From Candidatus Nomurabacteria bacterium (GTDB taxonomy: Bacteria; Patescibacteriota; Minisyncoccia; Phycocordibacterales; UBA9973), in assembly GCA_016699085.1 (NCBI GenBank), contig CP064958.1:409375-473374 (forward strand): 64,000 nucleotides of DNA, given 5' to 3'. Both the position numbers and the translations under genes were made by a program. Of this stretch, positions 46,550 through 57,212 are shown one piece after another. Positions within the stretch are counted from its first letter, which is position 1; each line of letters starts with the position of its first letter. Below the pieces are notes generated by a model. That model did not search any database and was not told the DNA's origin. It worked only from the letters and a program-made list of their open reading frames with translations.

Positions 46550-48286
46550 ATGACTTTTTTAGACAACCTCGCAACCCAGGGTCTTATTCGAGAAAATCAA
46601 ATTAATGAAATAGCACGCCTTGCAGATGAAAAGCATGCAGGTGATATTGATGCAGTGCTTTTGGAGCTTGGACTTGAGGCTCAAAAACTTCTTGAACTAA
46701 AGGGAGCGTATTACAGTATTCCCACAAAAACTGTTGACCCAAAATCGGTTACCTTTGAAATATTGAAATATATTCCTGAAGATTCAGCAAAGCACTATAT
46801 GTTTGTGCCGCTTGCAGTTACTGCTGGTGTTTTGGAAGTTGGTGTTGTTGAGCCAGATAATTTTGAGGCTATTGATGCGCTGCAATTTATCACCTCTAAG
46901 CTTGGGGTGCCCTACAAGATTTTTTTGATTACAAAGAAGAATTTTGAAGCAGTTTTAAATAATTATAAAGGGCTGAGTGGAGAAGTTGATCAAGCGATCT
47001 CCGAAATTGATTCTGAGCTTGCTGATGTAGATACCAAGGATGTTAAAATCGAAAATAATAAAATACAAAACACGCTCAAACCGGGACAAGAAGAGCAGAT
47101 TATAGAAGAAGCGCCGATTATAAAAATTGTGGCAGTTATTGTCCGGCATGCAACTGAAGGTAATGCATCTGATATCCATATCGAAAATACAGGTGATAAA
47201 GTTAAAGTCCGCTTCCGTATTGATGGAACACTGCATACAAGTCTTGTTTTGCCGCTCAATGTTTATGCCGGCATCGTTGCGCGTATCAAGATCATGGCGA
47301 AGCTTCGCTTAGATGAAAAGCGTAAGCCTCAAGACGGTAGTTTTGCAACAAAAATTGCTGGTAGAAAAGTTGAATTTCGTGTCTCAACATTTCCTGCATA
47401 TTATGGCGAGAAAGTTGTTATGCGTATCTTGGATTCGGAAAAAGGTGTTAAGACGCTTGATCAGCTTGGCTTAAATGAGCGCAATATGGGTCTTGTTCGT
47501 GGTGCATTGAAGCGTCCGTATGGACTTATTTTGATTACTGGTCCAACTGGGTCTGGTAAATCAACAACGCTTTATTCGATGTTAAATGAAATAGATCGCG
47601 AGAAACAAAATGTTGTCTCACTTGAAGATCCAGTCGAATATCAAATTCCAGATGTTAACCAATCCCAAGTCATGCCTGAAATCGGTTATACCTTTGCTTC
47701 AGGCCTTCGATCCATACTGCGTCAGGACCCTGACATAATCATGGTTGGAGAAATCCGTGATAAAGAAACTGCTCAGCTCGCTATTCAGGCTGCATTGACT
47801 GGTCATTTAGTGTTTTCAACACTACACACCAACAATGCAATTGGTGTTATCCCGCGTCTCATTGATATGGGCGTTGATCCTTATTTGATCGCGCCGACGC
47901 TTATCCTCTCTGTGGCCCAGCGTCTAGCTCGTGTGGTATGCCCAGATTCTCGCAAGCAAGTACCAATGGATGATACGATGCGACAAATTATGGCTAAAGA
48001 ATTTACTGATTTACCAGAAGAAGCTAAAAAACAAATTCCAACCGATAATGTTATGTACGAAGTCGTGCCGTCGCCAGAATGTCCCAATGGTACCCATGAT
48101 CGTATGGCGGTATTTGAAATGTTTGCAGTCGATAAAGAAATGCAGCACATAATATTGACGAGTCCGATTGAAAGTGAAATTTATAAATCCGCTAGGAGTC
48201 GAGGTATGCTCACGATGAAAGAAGATGCGATTATCAAAAGTTTGCAGGGTATACTACCGTTCCAAGAAATCTATAATGATTTATAA
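46550..48286 (+). CDS. pilB: type IV pilus assembly ATPase PilB (GspE family)
   Basis: Walker A GPTGSGKSTT, Asp/His boxes, tetracysteine region CPDS..CPNG. Confidence 0.85.
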   Translation: MTFLDNLATQGLIRENQINEIARLADEKHAGDIDAVLLELGLEAQKLLELKGAYYSIPTKTVDPKSVTFEILKYIPEDSAKHYMFVPLAVTAGVLEVGVVEPDNFEAIDALQFITSKLGVPYKIFLITKKNFEAVLNNYKGLSGEVDQAISEIDSELADVDTKDVKIENNKIQNTLKPGQEEQIIEEAPIIKIVAVIVRHATEGNASDIHIENTGDKVKVRFRIDGTLHTSLVLPLNVYAGIVARIKIMAKLRLDEKRKPQDGSFATKIAGRKVEFRVSTFPAYYGEKVVMRILDSEKGVKTLDQLGLNERNMGLVRGALKRPYGLILITGPTGSGKSTTLYSMLNEIDREKQNVVSLEDPVEYQIPDVNQSQVMPEIGYTFASGLRSILRQDPDIIMVGEIRDKETAQLAIQAALTGHLVFSTLHTNNAIGVIPRLIDMGVDPYLIAPTLILSVAQRLARVVCPDSRKQVPMDDTMRQIMAKEFTDLPEEAKKQIPTDNVMYEVVPSPECPNGTHDRMAVFEMFAVDKEMQHIILTSPIESEIYKSARSRGMLTMKEDAIIKSLQGILPFQEIYNDL

Positions 48287-48362
48287 AATGAAGAACCAGT
48301 GCTATACTATATACGTATATTTATTTTTACTACAGTAGTGAGAAAAGAGTTATTGAAAAAGT

Positions 48363-49421
48363 ATGGATTACATAAAAGAAGTTGATGAACTCATAACTAC
48401 TCTCATCCGCGAAGGCGGATCAGATTTGCATATTGCAGGCATGCGTTACCCTGCTATTCGCGTAGCAGGGCAGTTGATATTCCTCGTCAAGAGAAATGTG
48501 TATACGAAAGAAGATTCATTAGGAGTTTTGAATGTACTCTTGGGGGATGAAAAGTTTAAGCTCTTCCTAGTCAATCAAGAAGTTGATTTCTCCTATGAAT
48601 TCAAAGGACAAGCAAGACTTCGAGGTAATGCATTTTATACCAAAGGTATTGTAGCAATCGCACTTCGTCTTATCCCTGAAGTGAAATCACTCGCAGAACT
48701 TCATCTGCCAGCTATCATTGAAACATTTACTAGAAAAAAACAAGGTTTTTTCTTGGTTGTCGGCCCAGTGGGACAAGGCAAGTCTACAACGCTAGCTTCG
48801 ATGATTAACCTCATCAACAATGAACGCGCAGAGCATATTGTCACTATCGAAGACCCGATCGAATACATGTATCAACCAAAACATGCGATTATTGATCAAC
48901 GTGAAATTGGTATAGATACCAAAGATTTCAATACTGCACTCAAATCGATTTTCCGTGAAGATGTTAACGTGATCTTGATCGGTGAAATGCGAAGCCATGA
49001 GACTATAGCTACCGCTGTCAGTGCTGCAGAAACTGGCCACCTTGTACTTTCGACGCTCCACACCAACAATGCATCCCAGACGATTGATCGTATTATAGAT
49101 ACATTCCCTGGTAATCAGCAAGATCAAATTCGCGTGCAGCTCGCGTCGTCTCTCTTGGGTGTATTCTCTCAGCGTCTTATCCCAAAAATCACCGGTGGAC
49201 TCGTGCCGGCATATGAGCTTTTAATAAACAATACAGCAGTATCAAATTTGATCCGTGAGAAACGCACACATGAAATCGATGTTGTTATTGAAACTGGTTA
49301 TGAGCAAGGCATGATTGACATGAACCGATCGTTGCTAGAGCTCGTTCGGGCAGGGGAGATCACGATGGACAATGCGTACCTCTATTCATTTAATCCAAAG
49401 AACTTGGAGCGCTTGGCATAA
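48363..49421 (+). CDS. pilT: twitching-motility retraction ATPase PilT
   Basis: GPVGQGKSTT Walker A, shorter PilT-type architecture. Confidence 0.85.
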   Translation: MDYIKEVDELITTLIREGGSDLHIAGMRYPAIRVAGQLIFLVKRNVYTKEDSLGVLNVLLGDEKFKLFLVNQEVDFSYEFKGQARLRGNAFYTKGIVAIALRLIPEVKSLAELHLPAIIETFTRKKQGFFLVVGPVGQGKSTTLASMINLINNERAEHIVTIEDPIEYMYQPKHAIIDQREIGIDTKDFNTALKSIFREDVNVILIGEMRSHETIATAVSAAETGHLVLSTLHTNNASQTIDRIIDTFPGNQQDQIRVQLASSLLGVFSQRLIPKITGGLVPAYELLINNTAVSNLIREKRTHEIDVVIETGYEQGMIDMNRSLLELVRAGEITMDNAYLYSFNPKNLERLA

Positions 49422-49425
49422 TCAC

Positions 49426-50631
49426 ATGCAATATAAATATAAAATCGTTACCACAGGAGGCGAAAATAAAGAAGGACTTATTGAAGCTCGCACAAAAGAC
49501 CTGGCTATTGCAGCCTTGCAGCGCCGAGGTTTTGTGGTTGTCTCGATCAAAGGTGAAGAAGATAAGAAATTAGGATTGAAGATGTCTCTCTTTGAGAAGG
49601 TGAAAGTGAAAGACGTCGTAATTCTATCGCGTCAGATTGCAACATTGTTTGAGGCGCAAGTTTCAGCACTCAAGGCATTCTCACTTCTCGCTTCGAATGT
49701 TGAGAATCCGCTCTTGTCAAAAAAGCTTACGCAGCTTGTTGACGATCTTCAGGCTGGTTATTCTATTTCTGGTGCAATGGAAAAACACCCCGATGTCTTC
49801 TCAGATTTCTATGTCAACATGGTTAAAGCTGGTGAAGAGTCTGGGAAGCTTACCCAAACATTTAATTTCTTGGCAGATTATTTGGATAGAAACTATGCAC
49901 TGGCATCAAAGACTAAAAATGCATTGATTTATCCAGCGTTTGTCATATTTACATTCTTTGCGGTGATGGGGATTATGTTTACCGTGGTTATTCCAAAGTT
50001 GTCACAAATTATTAAAGAAAGTGGGCAAACAGTGCCCTTGTATACCAAAGTGGTTATTGCCATGAGTGACTTCTTTGTTCATTACGGCATCTTTGTCCTT
50101 ATTATCCTTGCAATGGGAGTTGGCTATGTTTGGTATCTCTCAAGAGGTGACTCTGGCAAGCAATACTTGGATGGGATTAAACTCTCATTTCCAATTATCG
50201 GCAAAGTTTTCACTAAATTCTATTTAGCACGAGTTGCTGACAATCTGGATACTATGCTTTCTTCAGGTATTTCAATCGTTCGATCAATCGAAATCACTGG
50301 GGCTGTGGTTGGGAACCGAGTATATGCTGCTGTTATGAAACAAGCAGAAGAAGACGTCAAAGCAGGTAGCTCGTTTTCTGATGCATTAGCAAAGCATGCC
50401 ATGATGCCACCGATACTTGTGCAAATGGTGAAAGTTGGTGAAGAAACTGGTTCACTCGGCTCAATACTCAAAACCTTGGCGAAGTTTTACAAGCGCGAAG
50501 TTGATGATGCTGTTGATACTATGGTTGGGCTTATCGAGCCGATTATGATTGTGGCGCTTGGTCTTGCTGTCGGTGTGTTATTGGCCTCAGTTCTTATGCC
50601 GATTTACAATATCGCCGGCGGTATACAATAA
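49426..50631 (+). CDS. pilC: type IV pilus platform protein PilC (GspF family); start MQYKYK (track ORF 49372 overlaps pilT)
   Basis: two GspF repeats, 3 TM. Confidence 0.85.
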   Translation: MQYKYKIVTTGGENKEGLIEARTKDLAIAALQRRGFVVVSIKGEEDKKLGLKMSLFEKVKVKDVVILSRQIATLFEAQVSALKAFSLLASNVENPLLSKKLTQLVDDLQAGYSISGAMEKHPDVFSDFYVNMVKAGEESGKLTQTFNFLADYLDRNYALASKTKNALIYPAFVIFTFFAVMGIMFTVVIPKLSQIIKESGQTVPLYTKVVIAMSDFFVHYGIFVLIILAMGVGYVWYLSRGDSGKQYLDGIKLSFPIIGKVFTKFYLARVADNLDTMLSSGISIVRSIEITGAVVGNRVYAAVMKQAEEDVKAGSSFSDALAKHAMMPPILVQMVKVGEETGSLGSILKTLAKFYKREVDDAVDTMVGLIEPIMIVALGLAVGVLLASVLMPIYNIAGGIQ

Positions 50632-50771
50632 AAATATTCTTAAACTTATCCACAGCCCTTCCTTTACAGGCATTCTAGGTATCCATGCTAAAATAAATCC
50701 ATTACAAAGTAAGTCTTGCCAGCATCACCCATTATTATTATCGTGAGGTTGGCGACAAAAGTTAATTTATT

Positions 50772-51305
50772 ATGGAAAAGAATAACAAAGGTTTTACACT
50801 TATCGAACTTTTGGTCGTTATTGCGATCATTGGTATTTTGGCGTCAGTTGTGTTGGCATCACTTAACTCAGCCCGAAGTAAAGGTGCTGATGCAGCGATC
50901 AAAGCTAACCTGACAAATGTTCGTGCACAAAATGAGCTCTTTTATGACTCAAATGGTAGTCAGTATGCAAAAGGTACTGGTATCACAGCTGCGGTAACAG
51001 CTTGTACTGCAACAATTGGTACAAACACAGCCAATATCTTCTCTATTATCAATGACGCTAATGTGTTCAATGCTGTAACTCAGGCTTCTGCGCAAGCAGG
51101 TGGCACAAACACTTGTGGATACTGGAGCACAGCTACAGCTTGGGCTATTGCAGTGAAGCTTAAAACTTCAGATGGTGCTGGTGCTGGTAATTCACTAGTT
51201 GATGCATGGTGTGTCGATAGTACTGGTCAAGGCAAAGGATATACCTATGCAACAGGTGAAAACGTTTTGAATGCAATCAGTACAACCACAGGTGCTTGTA
51301 TATAA
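50772..51305 (+). CDS. pilA: type IV major pilin (PilA-like)
   Basis: prepilin leader MEKNNKGFTLIELLVVIAIIGILASVV. Confidence 0.8.
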   Translation: MEKNNKGFTLIELLVVIAIIGILASVVLASLNSARSKGADAAIKANLTNVRAQNELFYDSNGSQYAKGTGITAAVTACTATIGTNTANIFSIINDANVFNAVTQASAQAGGTNTCGYWSTATAWAIAVKLKTSDGAGAGNSLVDAWCVDSTGQGKGYTYATGENVLNAISTTTGACI

Positions 51306-51328
51306 TATCTATCTGAATTATTACAAAA

Positions 51329-51356
51329 CAAAAACCGCTTATGCGGTTTTTGTTTT
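51329..51356 (+). terminator. terminator aaaaccgc-ttat-gcggtttt + T-run after pilin gene
   Basis: 8-bp stem + tttttgtttt. Confidence 0.7.
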
Positions 51357-51416
51357 GGTTATCTGTATACAACCTATGCTATACTTCATATAGTTTTAAT
51401 CATATATTCTCATTAC

Positions 51417-52214
51417 TTGTATATGTTACTTTATTATTTTGCTCTCTTTATATTAGGTACACTCATTGGTAGTTTTCTCAATGTTGTTATTTACCGCTTT
51501 CAAACTGGCAAGGGGCTCGGTGGTAGATCAATGTGTATGTCATGTGGCAAAACACTTCACTGGTATGAATTACTCCCGATTGTGAGTTTTGTTATTCAAC
51601 ATAGACGCTGTACAAAATGCAAAAGCAAAATTGCCTGGCAGTATCCGATCGTTGAAGCAATAACAGGGCTAGTATTTGTTGCACTTGCAGCAAAGTACTA
51701 TATGCCAGGTGCTACACTATGGCAGTTTCTAGCTCCGCTCCTATTTGCTGTTTTCTGTATGTGTCTACTTATTGTTATATCGGTCTATGATCTTAAGCAT
51801 ATGATCATACCAAATCGGCTGTGCTACTTATTTATAGCGCTCACCTTTCTTAATCTTTTCATTTCACCAGCTGGTATAACAGTGCCTGAGCTTTGGCATC
51901 TCTTGGGTGGCATACTCTTGCCATTACCGTTTTTCTTGTTGTGGTACTTCTCAGATGGCAAGCTTATGGGATTTGGGGATATTAAACTTATGATTGGTAT
52001 TGGTTTTTTGCTTGGTATTGCAATGGGAATCGCAGCACTTATGATTGCATTTTGGTCTGGAGCGTTAGTTGCGATCGTCTTATTATTTTTTAGAAAAAAA
52101 CGTTATACTATGAAGAGTGAAGTGCCATTTGGGCCGTTTTTAGTACTGGGAACTTTTATTATGTATGCTTTCGGTACGTGCCTTGTGCAACTTTTCCCAT
52201 ATTTTTCACTATAG
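51417..52214 (+). CDS. pilD: prepilin peptidase PilD (A24 family)
   Basis: N-terminal Cys tetrad CMSCGK...CTKCKS, catalytic Asp-containing TM core. Confidence 0.8.
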   Translation: MYMLLYYFALFILGTLIGSFLNVVIYRFQTGKGLGGRSMCMSCGKTLHWYELLPIVSFVIQHRRCTKCKSKIAWQYPIVEAITGLVFVALAAKYYMPGATLWQFLAPLLFAVFCMCLLIVISVYDLKHMIIPNRLCYLFIALTFLNLFISPAGITVPELWHLLGGILLPLPFFLLWYFSDGKLMGFGDIKLMIGIGFLLGIAMGIAALMIAFWSGALVAIVLLFFRKKRYTMKSEVPFGPFLVLGTFIMYAFGTCLVQLFPYFSL

Positions 52215-52223
52215 CAATACAGC

Positions 52224-52958
52224 TTGGATGCAAAATTTCAAGCATATACAATGATATATAACGCATACCACTTACTAGGTAAATATTTAAAATCAAAGCT
52301 TGCGATTGCAGGTAGTGATAATCGCGGGCTTACTTTTATTGAGCTTATCGTTGTACTTTCAATTGTTGGTGCAATATCAAGTACCGTACTTTTTCAATTT
52401 GGCTCTTTTTCTAGTAACGTGACATTGCAAAATTTGGCGCAAGATATTGCTCTCATTATTAAGAAAGCCCAGACCAATGCCATATCAGGTAGCTTGTCGA
52501 GTGGGTTTATTGCTGGCCAGGCGCCTTCATATGGTGTTAATTTTGATACAACATCTGGCAACCAGAATAAATTTAACTACTTTCGAGATATTGGTACGGT
52601 CGGAATTACTCCGGACGGTATTTTAAACGGTAACTGCAATAACCCAGGTGCTTCAGGTAATGAATGTTTGGGAGTAACAACGATCCAATCTTCTGATACT
52701 ATTGTTTCCCTTTGTGACGGTGGTGGTAAATGTACATACAAGAATCTTTCAGTTACATTCTCACGTCCATTTCCTGATCCGACATTCCGAACAAAGACTG
52801 CTGGTGTTGCTGTACCGCTAACGACGGGCGGTGCTCAGATTGTTATTCAATCTGCGAAAGGCTTAAAGAAGACGATTATTATTTGGCCAATCGGACAAAT
52901 CAGCGTTGTTGATGGTGATGCAAAGAATTTATTTCCTAATGGCGGCTCTACCTTATGA
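52224..52958 (+). CDS. minor pilin (prepilin-type N-terminal domain)
   Basis: GLTFIELIVVLSIVG; true start probably internal. Confidence 0.55.
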   Translation: MDAKFQAYTMIYNAYHLLGKYLKSKLAIAGSDNRGLTFIELIVVLSIVGAISSTVLFQFGSFSSNVTLQNLAQDIALIIKKAQTNAISGSLSSGFIAGQAPSYGVNFDTTSGNQNKFNYFRDIGTVGITPDGILNGNCNNPGASGNECLGVTTIQSSDTIVSLCDGGGKCTYKNLSVTFSRPFPDPTFRTKTAGVAVPLTTGGAQIVIQSAKGLKKTIIIWPIGQISVVDGDAKNLFPNGGSTL

Positions 52959-53596
52959 TGCATAACAAACTAAAAGATACATCTGCATTTACTTTGATCG
53001 AAATTATGATTGCTGTCGCACTTTTTTCTATTATTATGACGATTGGTATTGGTGCGGTACTTAATGTCACCAAATTGCACAAAAAAAGCCAAGCCACCCG
53101 TAATGTGCTTGATAATATTGATTTCATCATGGAGGATATGACGAGAAATATCAGACTTGGTACTCTCTACCATTGCAATATTTATGCAGCAAGTGCGATT
53201 AATATCCCAAATGATTGCCCAATTACATCAAGCACTCCCGAGCCATATTTTTCTTTTGCTTTTGAGCCAGTTGGAGGCAATACTGCGGATTTGTCTGATC
53301 AAGTCGTGTATCGAATGCAGTCAGTCGGAAACTATTATCAGCTTATCAAAGGTAAAGGTACCGACCAATCGAAAGATCAAATATTGACGCCAGCTGAAGT
53401 GCATATATTTAAATCATCTGGTTTCAATGTGGTTAATGCTAGTAATCTTACGGGCCTCCAACCAATGGTAACAATACGGTTAGTTGGTGAAATAGTTTTT
53501 CAAGATATCAAAACTCCATTTGCCATACAAACAACCGTCACTGAACGACAGATTAATTGTGATACTACCTGTGATTTAGTTCCAATAACTAATTAA
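52955..53596 (+). CDS. minor pilin
   Basis: SAFTLIEIMIAVALFSII prepilin motif. Confidence 0.6.
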   Translation: MMHNKLKDTSAFTLIEIMIAVALFSIIMTIGIGAVLNVTKLHKKSQATRNVLDNIDFIMEDMTRNIRLGTLYHCNIYAASAINIPNDCPITSSTPEPYFSFAFEPVGGNTADLSDQVVYRMQSVGNYYQLIKGKGTDQSKDQILTPAEVHIFKSSGFNVVNASNLTGLQPMVTIRLVGEIVFQDIKTPFAIQTTVTERQINCDTTCDLVPITN

Positions 53597-53597
53597 A

Positions 53598-54224
53598 ATG
53601 CAAAGCGTATATAATAAAAAAATAAAAAAATGTTCGGATAATCAAGGATTTACCATTATCGAGACTTTGGTTTCATTGGTTATTTTCTCAACATCAATTA
53701 TTTTTTTGATTAGTGTATCTGCATCTGGTGCTGCTAATGCAACTTTTTCGAAAAACCGCATGACAGCATCCTATCTAGCTGAGGAGGGGATTGAACTTAT
53801 GCGCGGACTTCGAGACAGTATGGTGCTTTCTAATACAACAGGAGGTGGATGGGAAACCTTTAAAACAGTAACCAATACTGGTGCTTGCAGTACAGGTTGT
53901 AATATTGATCCCGCGACACTTGCTATCTGTCCATGTACAGGATCGACGTGTCAGGTACCGGTTACGCTCTATACTGAAAGCAGTAGTTATGTCTATTATG
54001 GATATGGGCCATCCTGCCAAATTCCCACAGGGCAAACGTTCTCCCCATATACCCGAACAATAAAAATTGAATCGTTGCAGCAAGCAGACCAAAGCGATGG
54101 GTATTTGGTAACAAGTACGGTCAGCTGGCTTCAGGGTACTGTTACCAAATCAATCAAATACCAAACTGTATTTTTTAATTGGGAACCAAACCACGCGCCT
54201 TCAACCGGGGGAACTCAAGAATAA
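53598..54224 (+). CDS. minor pilin
   Basis: QGFTIIETLVSLVIFS prepilin motif. Confidence 0.6.
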   Translation: MQSVYNKKIKKCSDNQGFTIIETLVSLVIFSTSIIFLISVSASGAANATFSKNRMTASYLAEEGIELMRGLRDSMVLSNTTGGGWETFKTVTNTGACSTGCNIDPATLAICPCTGSTCQVPVTLYTESSSYVYYGYGPSCQIPTGQTFSPYTRTIKIESLQQADQSDGYLVTSTVSWLQGTVTKSIKYQTVFFNWEPNHAPSTGGTQE

Positions 54225-54227
54225 TAT

Positions 54228-54791
54228 ATGGCAAAAAATACATTACCTAAAATAAATAGCATACAAAACACACAGTATACTTCTTCTCTTTATAGAAAAG
54301 AGCAACATGGCTTCGTTGTATTATTCACTGTGCTTATTGCAGGTATTGTTTTAGCGCTTGGATTAGGAATTTTTAGTATTGCGTATAAAGAATTGCAACT
54401 GACCTTTTCTGCCAAAGAATCACAGTATTCATTTTTTGCAGCAGATGCTGGCGCAGACTGTGCATTATTTTATGATCTAAAAAAAGGTAATTTTTCTGTT
54501 GCTTCTCCAGCAATTCCACAATGTAATGGTGCGCCCGTAGCGAATTTCACTAGTATTTCACCTACATCATTTTCATTTCAATTCAACTCAGGAGATAAGG
54601 GTTGCGCTGTTGTTTTTATAGACAAGGCACATAGCAGTGGGACACAAACTCGTATAATATCGAAAGGATACAATACGACATGTAATACGATAAGCACATT
54701 TGACACAAACCGCATAACTGAAAGACTTCTCGAGGTAAAGTATGCTAACCCTACTGGTGGGACAAATGGAAACGGTGGAACAAGCGATTAG
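54228..54791 (+). CDS. pilin-like protein with non-canonical leader (PilX-like?)
   Basis: HGFVVLFTVLIAGIVLALG hydrophobic N-term without the G-F-T-L-I-E consensus. Confidence 0.4.
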   Translation: MAKNTLPKINSIQNTQYTSSLYRKEQHGFVVLFTVLIAGIVLALGLGIFSIAYKELQLTFSAKESQYSFFAADAGADCALFYDLKKGNFSVASPAIPQCNGAPVANFTSISPTSFSFQFNSGDKGCAVVFIDKAHSSGTQTRIISKGYNTTCNTISTFDTNRITERLLEVKYANPTGGTNGNGGTSD

Positions 54792-54859
54792 TTAGACTTC
54801 TCATATCGACTGTAAGGCTAAAATGCTATACTTTGGCGCATAGTAGGTTTTTCTAGAAT

Positions 54860-56869
54860 ATGAATTCCAAAGAAGCTAACAAGAGAATACAGGCATTGCG
54901 TAAAGAGATTGTTCGCTTGCGAACTCTCTATCATGTCGATAATGCAAGAGATGTCACGGACGACGTCTATGATTCACTTACACAAGAGCTTCGTAAGCTC
55001 GAAAATGCCTACCCATCACTTAAGGATTCAACTTCATCGGTTAATAGAGTGGCGGGAGCAGTGCTTGCCAAATTTGAAAAAGTCCCACACGCGTCACGTA
55101 TGCTATCGCTTAATGATGCATTTTCAAAAGAAGAAGTGCTTGATTGGCAGAAAAGGATCAAGAAATTACTTCCTGGCAAAAAAGATATAGAATATTTCTG
55201 TGAACTTAAGCTTGATGGTCTTGCGGTGTCACTTATTTATGAAGATGGGAAATTTATTCGCGGGGCAACGAGGGGAGATGGATTTATTGGGGAAGATATT
55301 ACTGAGAATTTAAAAACAATTGAAAATATTCCACTCGTATTACCGAAGCCATATCCAAAGTATATTGAGATTCGCGGTGAAGCATTGCTTTCAAAAAAAG
55401 TTTGGGAACGTCTGAACAAGGAAAATGAACGTTTGGGTAAAATGCTGTTTGCAAATACTAGAAATGCCGCAGCGGGTTCGCTGCGGCAGCTTGATCCGAA
55501 ATTGGCCCAAGAGCGTTCTCTAGAATTTTTTGCTTGGGATATACAAGGACTAACTGATACGTCATATTCATTAGTAACTCATTCAGAAAAGCACCTGCTC
55601 TTACGAAAACTTGGTTTTACGATTGATTCTCATGAGAAAAAAACTCAGAAGATAGAAGAAGTTTTTGCATTTATTGATGTAATTGAAAAAATTCGCCCAA
55701 GCTATCCATATGGGACAGATGGTGTGGTCATATCGGTAAATGCTTTGGATCAAGAAGAGACCTTGGGTGTGGTAGGTAAGGCGCCACGGTGGGCTATAGC
55801 TTACAAATATCCAGCTGAAAAAGCGACAACCATTGTAGTAGATATAACAGTTAACGTAGGCCGAACTGGCGCACTTACTCCACTTGCACATTTTAAACCA
55901 ACGCTTGTGGCTGGCTCGACGGTTTCGAAAGCTACGCTTCATAATATTGATCAGATTAATCGTTTGGATATCAGAATCGGCGACACTGTTGTTATTCAAA
56001 AAGCTGGTGATGTCATACCTGAAGTAGTAGAAGTTCTAGTATCTTTTAGAACTGGTAAGGAAAAGAAATTCTCAATGCCTCAAGAGTGCCCAGTGTGCCG
56101 TGCTACAGTCGAACGTCGTCAGGGGGGAGCTGAAACAACAGTCGCGTATTACTGCACAAACATTCATTGCCCAGCCAGAAATCGTCGGGGTATGCAACAT
56201 TTTGTCAATGTCTTTGAAATTTATGAAGTCGGTCCAAAAGTACTCGATAGGCTTAAAACTGAAGGTTTGATTAGTGATGCAGCTGATCTCTTTACACTTA
56301 CTGAAGCTGATCTATCTGGACTTGAAAGATTTGGGGAAAAATCTGCCAAAAATATTATAGACTCGATAACTTCACGGAAAAAAATATCACTATGGCGGTT
56401 TTTATATGCACTAGGCATTCTCCATGTTGGCGAGGAAACAGCCAAGGATATTGCAAATCATTTTGGCTCGTTAGAAAAAATCAAGAGTGCGACAAGTGAA
56501 TCAATCAATGCAATTCCGAACATTGGTCCTATTGTATCCAAATCCGTGCACACATATTTCCAAGAAAAAACTAATACTAGATTTATCGAAAAATTATTTG
56601 CCAATGGAATTCGTATTGAAAAATCAATAAAAAAACAAAATGGCAAATTTACTGGTATGACGTTTGTGCTTACAGGAACACTGCCTACGCTTTCGCGCGA
56701 TGTTGCCAAAGCAAAAATTGAGAATCAAGGGGGCAAGGTCTCAAGTAGTGTTTCTAAAAATACAAGCTATGTCCTAGCAGGGGAAAGTCCTGGATCAAAA
56801 TACACTGACGCTCAAAAATTAGGTATACAAACCCTTACTGAAGAAGCATTTATGCAATTATTGCAATAA
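54860..56869 (+). CDS. ligA: NAD-dependent DNA ligase
   Basis: KxDG adenylation motif CELKLDGLAVSL, Zn finger CPVC..C..C, HhH, BRCT. Confidence 0.9.
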   Translation: MNSKEANKRIQALRKEIVRLRTLYHVDNARDVTDDVYDSLTQELRKLENAYPSLKDSTSSVNRVAGAVLAKFEKVPHASRMLSLNDAFSKEEVLDWQKRIKKLLPGKKDIEYFCELKLDGLAVSLIYEDGKFIRGATRGDGFIGEDITENLKTIENIPLVLPKPYPKYIEIRGEALLSKKVWERLNKENERLGKMLFANTRNAAAGSLRQLDPKLAQERSLEFFAWDIQGLTDTSYSLVTHSEKHLLLRKLGFTIDSHEKKTQKIEEVFAFIDVIEKIRPSYPYGTDGVVISVNALDQEETLGVVGKAPRWAIAYKYPAEKATTIVVDITVNVGRTGALTPLAHFKPTLVAGSTVSKATLHNIDQINRLDIRIGDTVVIQKAGDVIPEVVEVLVSFRTGKEKKFSMPQECPVCRATVERRQGGAETTVAYYCTNIHCPARNRRGMQHFVNVFEIYEVGPKVLDRLKTEGLISDAADLFTLTEADLSGLERFGEKSAKNIIDSITSRKKISLWRFLYALGILHVGEETAKDIANHFGSLEKIKSATSESINAIPNIGPIVSKSVHTYFQEKTNTRFIEKLFANGIRIEKSIKKQNGKFTGMTFVLTGTLPTLSRDVAKAKIENQGGKVSSSVSKNTSYVLAGESPGSKYTDAQKLGIQTLTEEAFMQLLQ

Positions 56870-56904
56870 GTAGCAGAAATATATTTTTCTAGTATACTTT
56901 CTGT

Positions 56905-57180
56905 ATGCAATTACGCGATATCGATAAATTAGCAGAATTGGCACGGATGGAAATCCCACAGGCAGAAAAAGAGAAAGTCCTACAGGATTTGTCTGGGATT
57001 TTGTCGTATATTGAACAAATTAAGGAAATTGCCGTCGCGGATATTATGACAGACTACCCGTTGCGTAACGTTTTCCGAGAAGATGAGAAAGTGAATCAAC
57101 CTGAGGCTTGTACAGAAACATTACTAAGAGAAATGCCTGATACACAGGATGGATTTTTAAAAGTGCAGAAAATACTTTGA
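56905..57180 (+). CDS. gatC: Asp/Glu-tRNA amidotransferase subunit C
   Basis: 91 aa, precedes gatA, typical GatC helical protein. Confidence 0.75.
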   Translation: MQLRDIDKLAELARMEIPQAEKEKVLQDLSGILSYIEQIKEIAVADIMTDYPLRNVFREDEKVNQPEACTETLLREMPDTQDGFLKVQKIL

Positions 57181-57212
57181 GTATTTGTCTGCGCTAAAAC
57201 TACATATACCAC

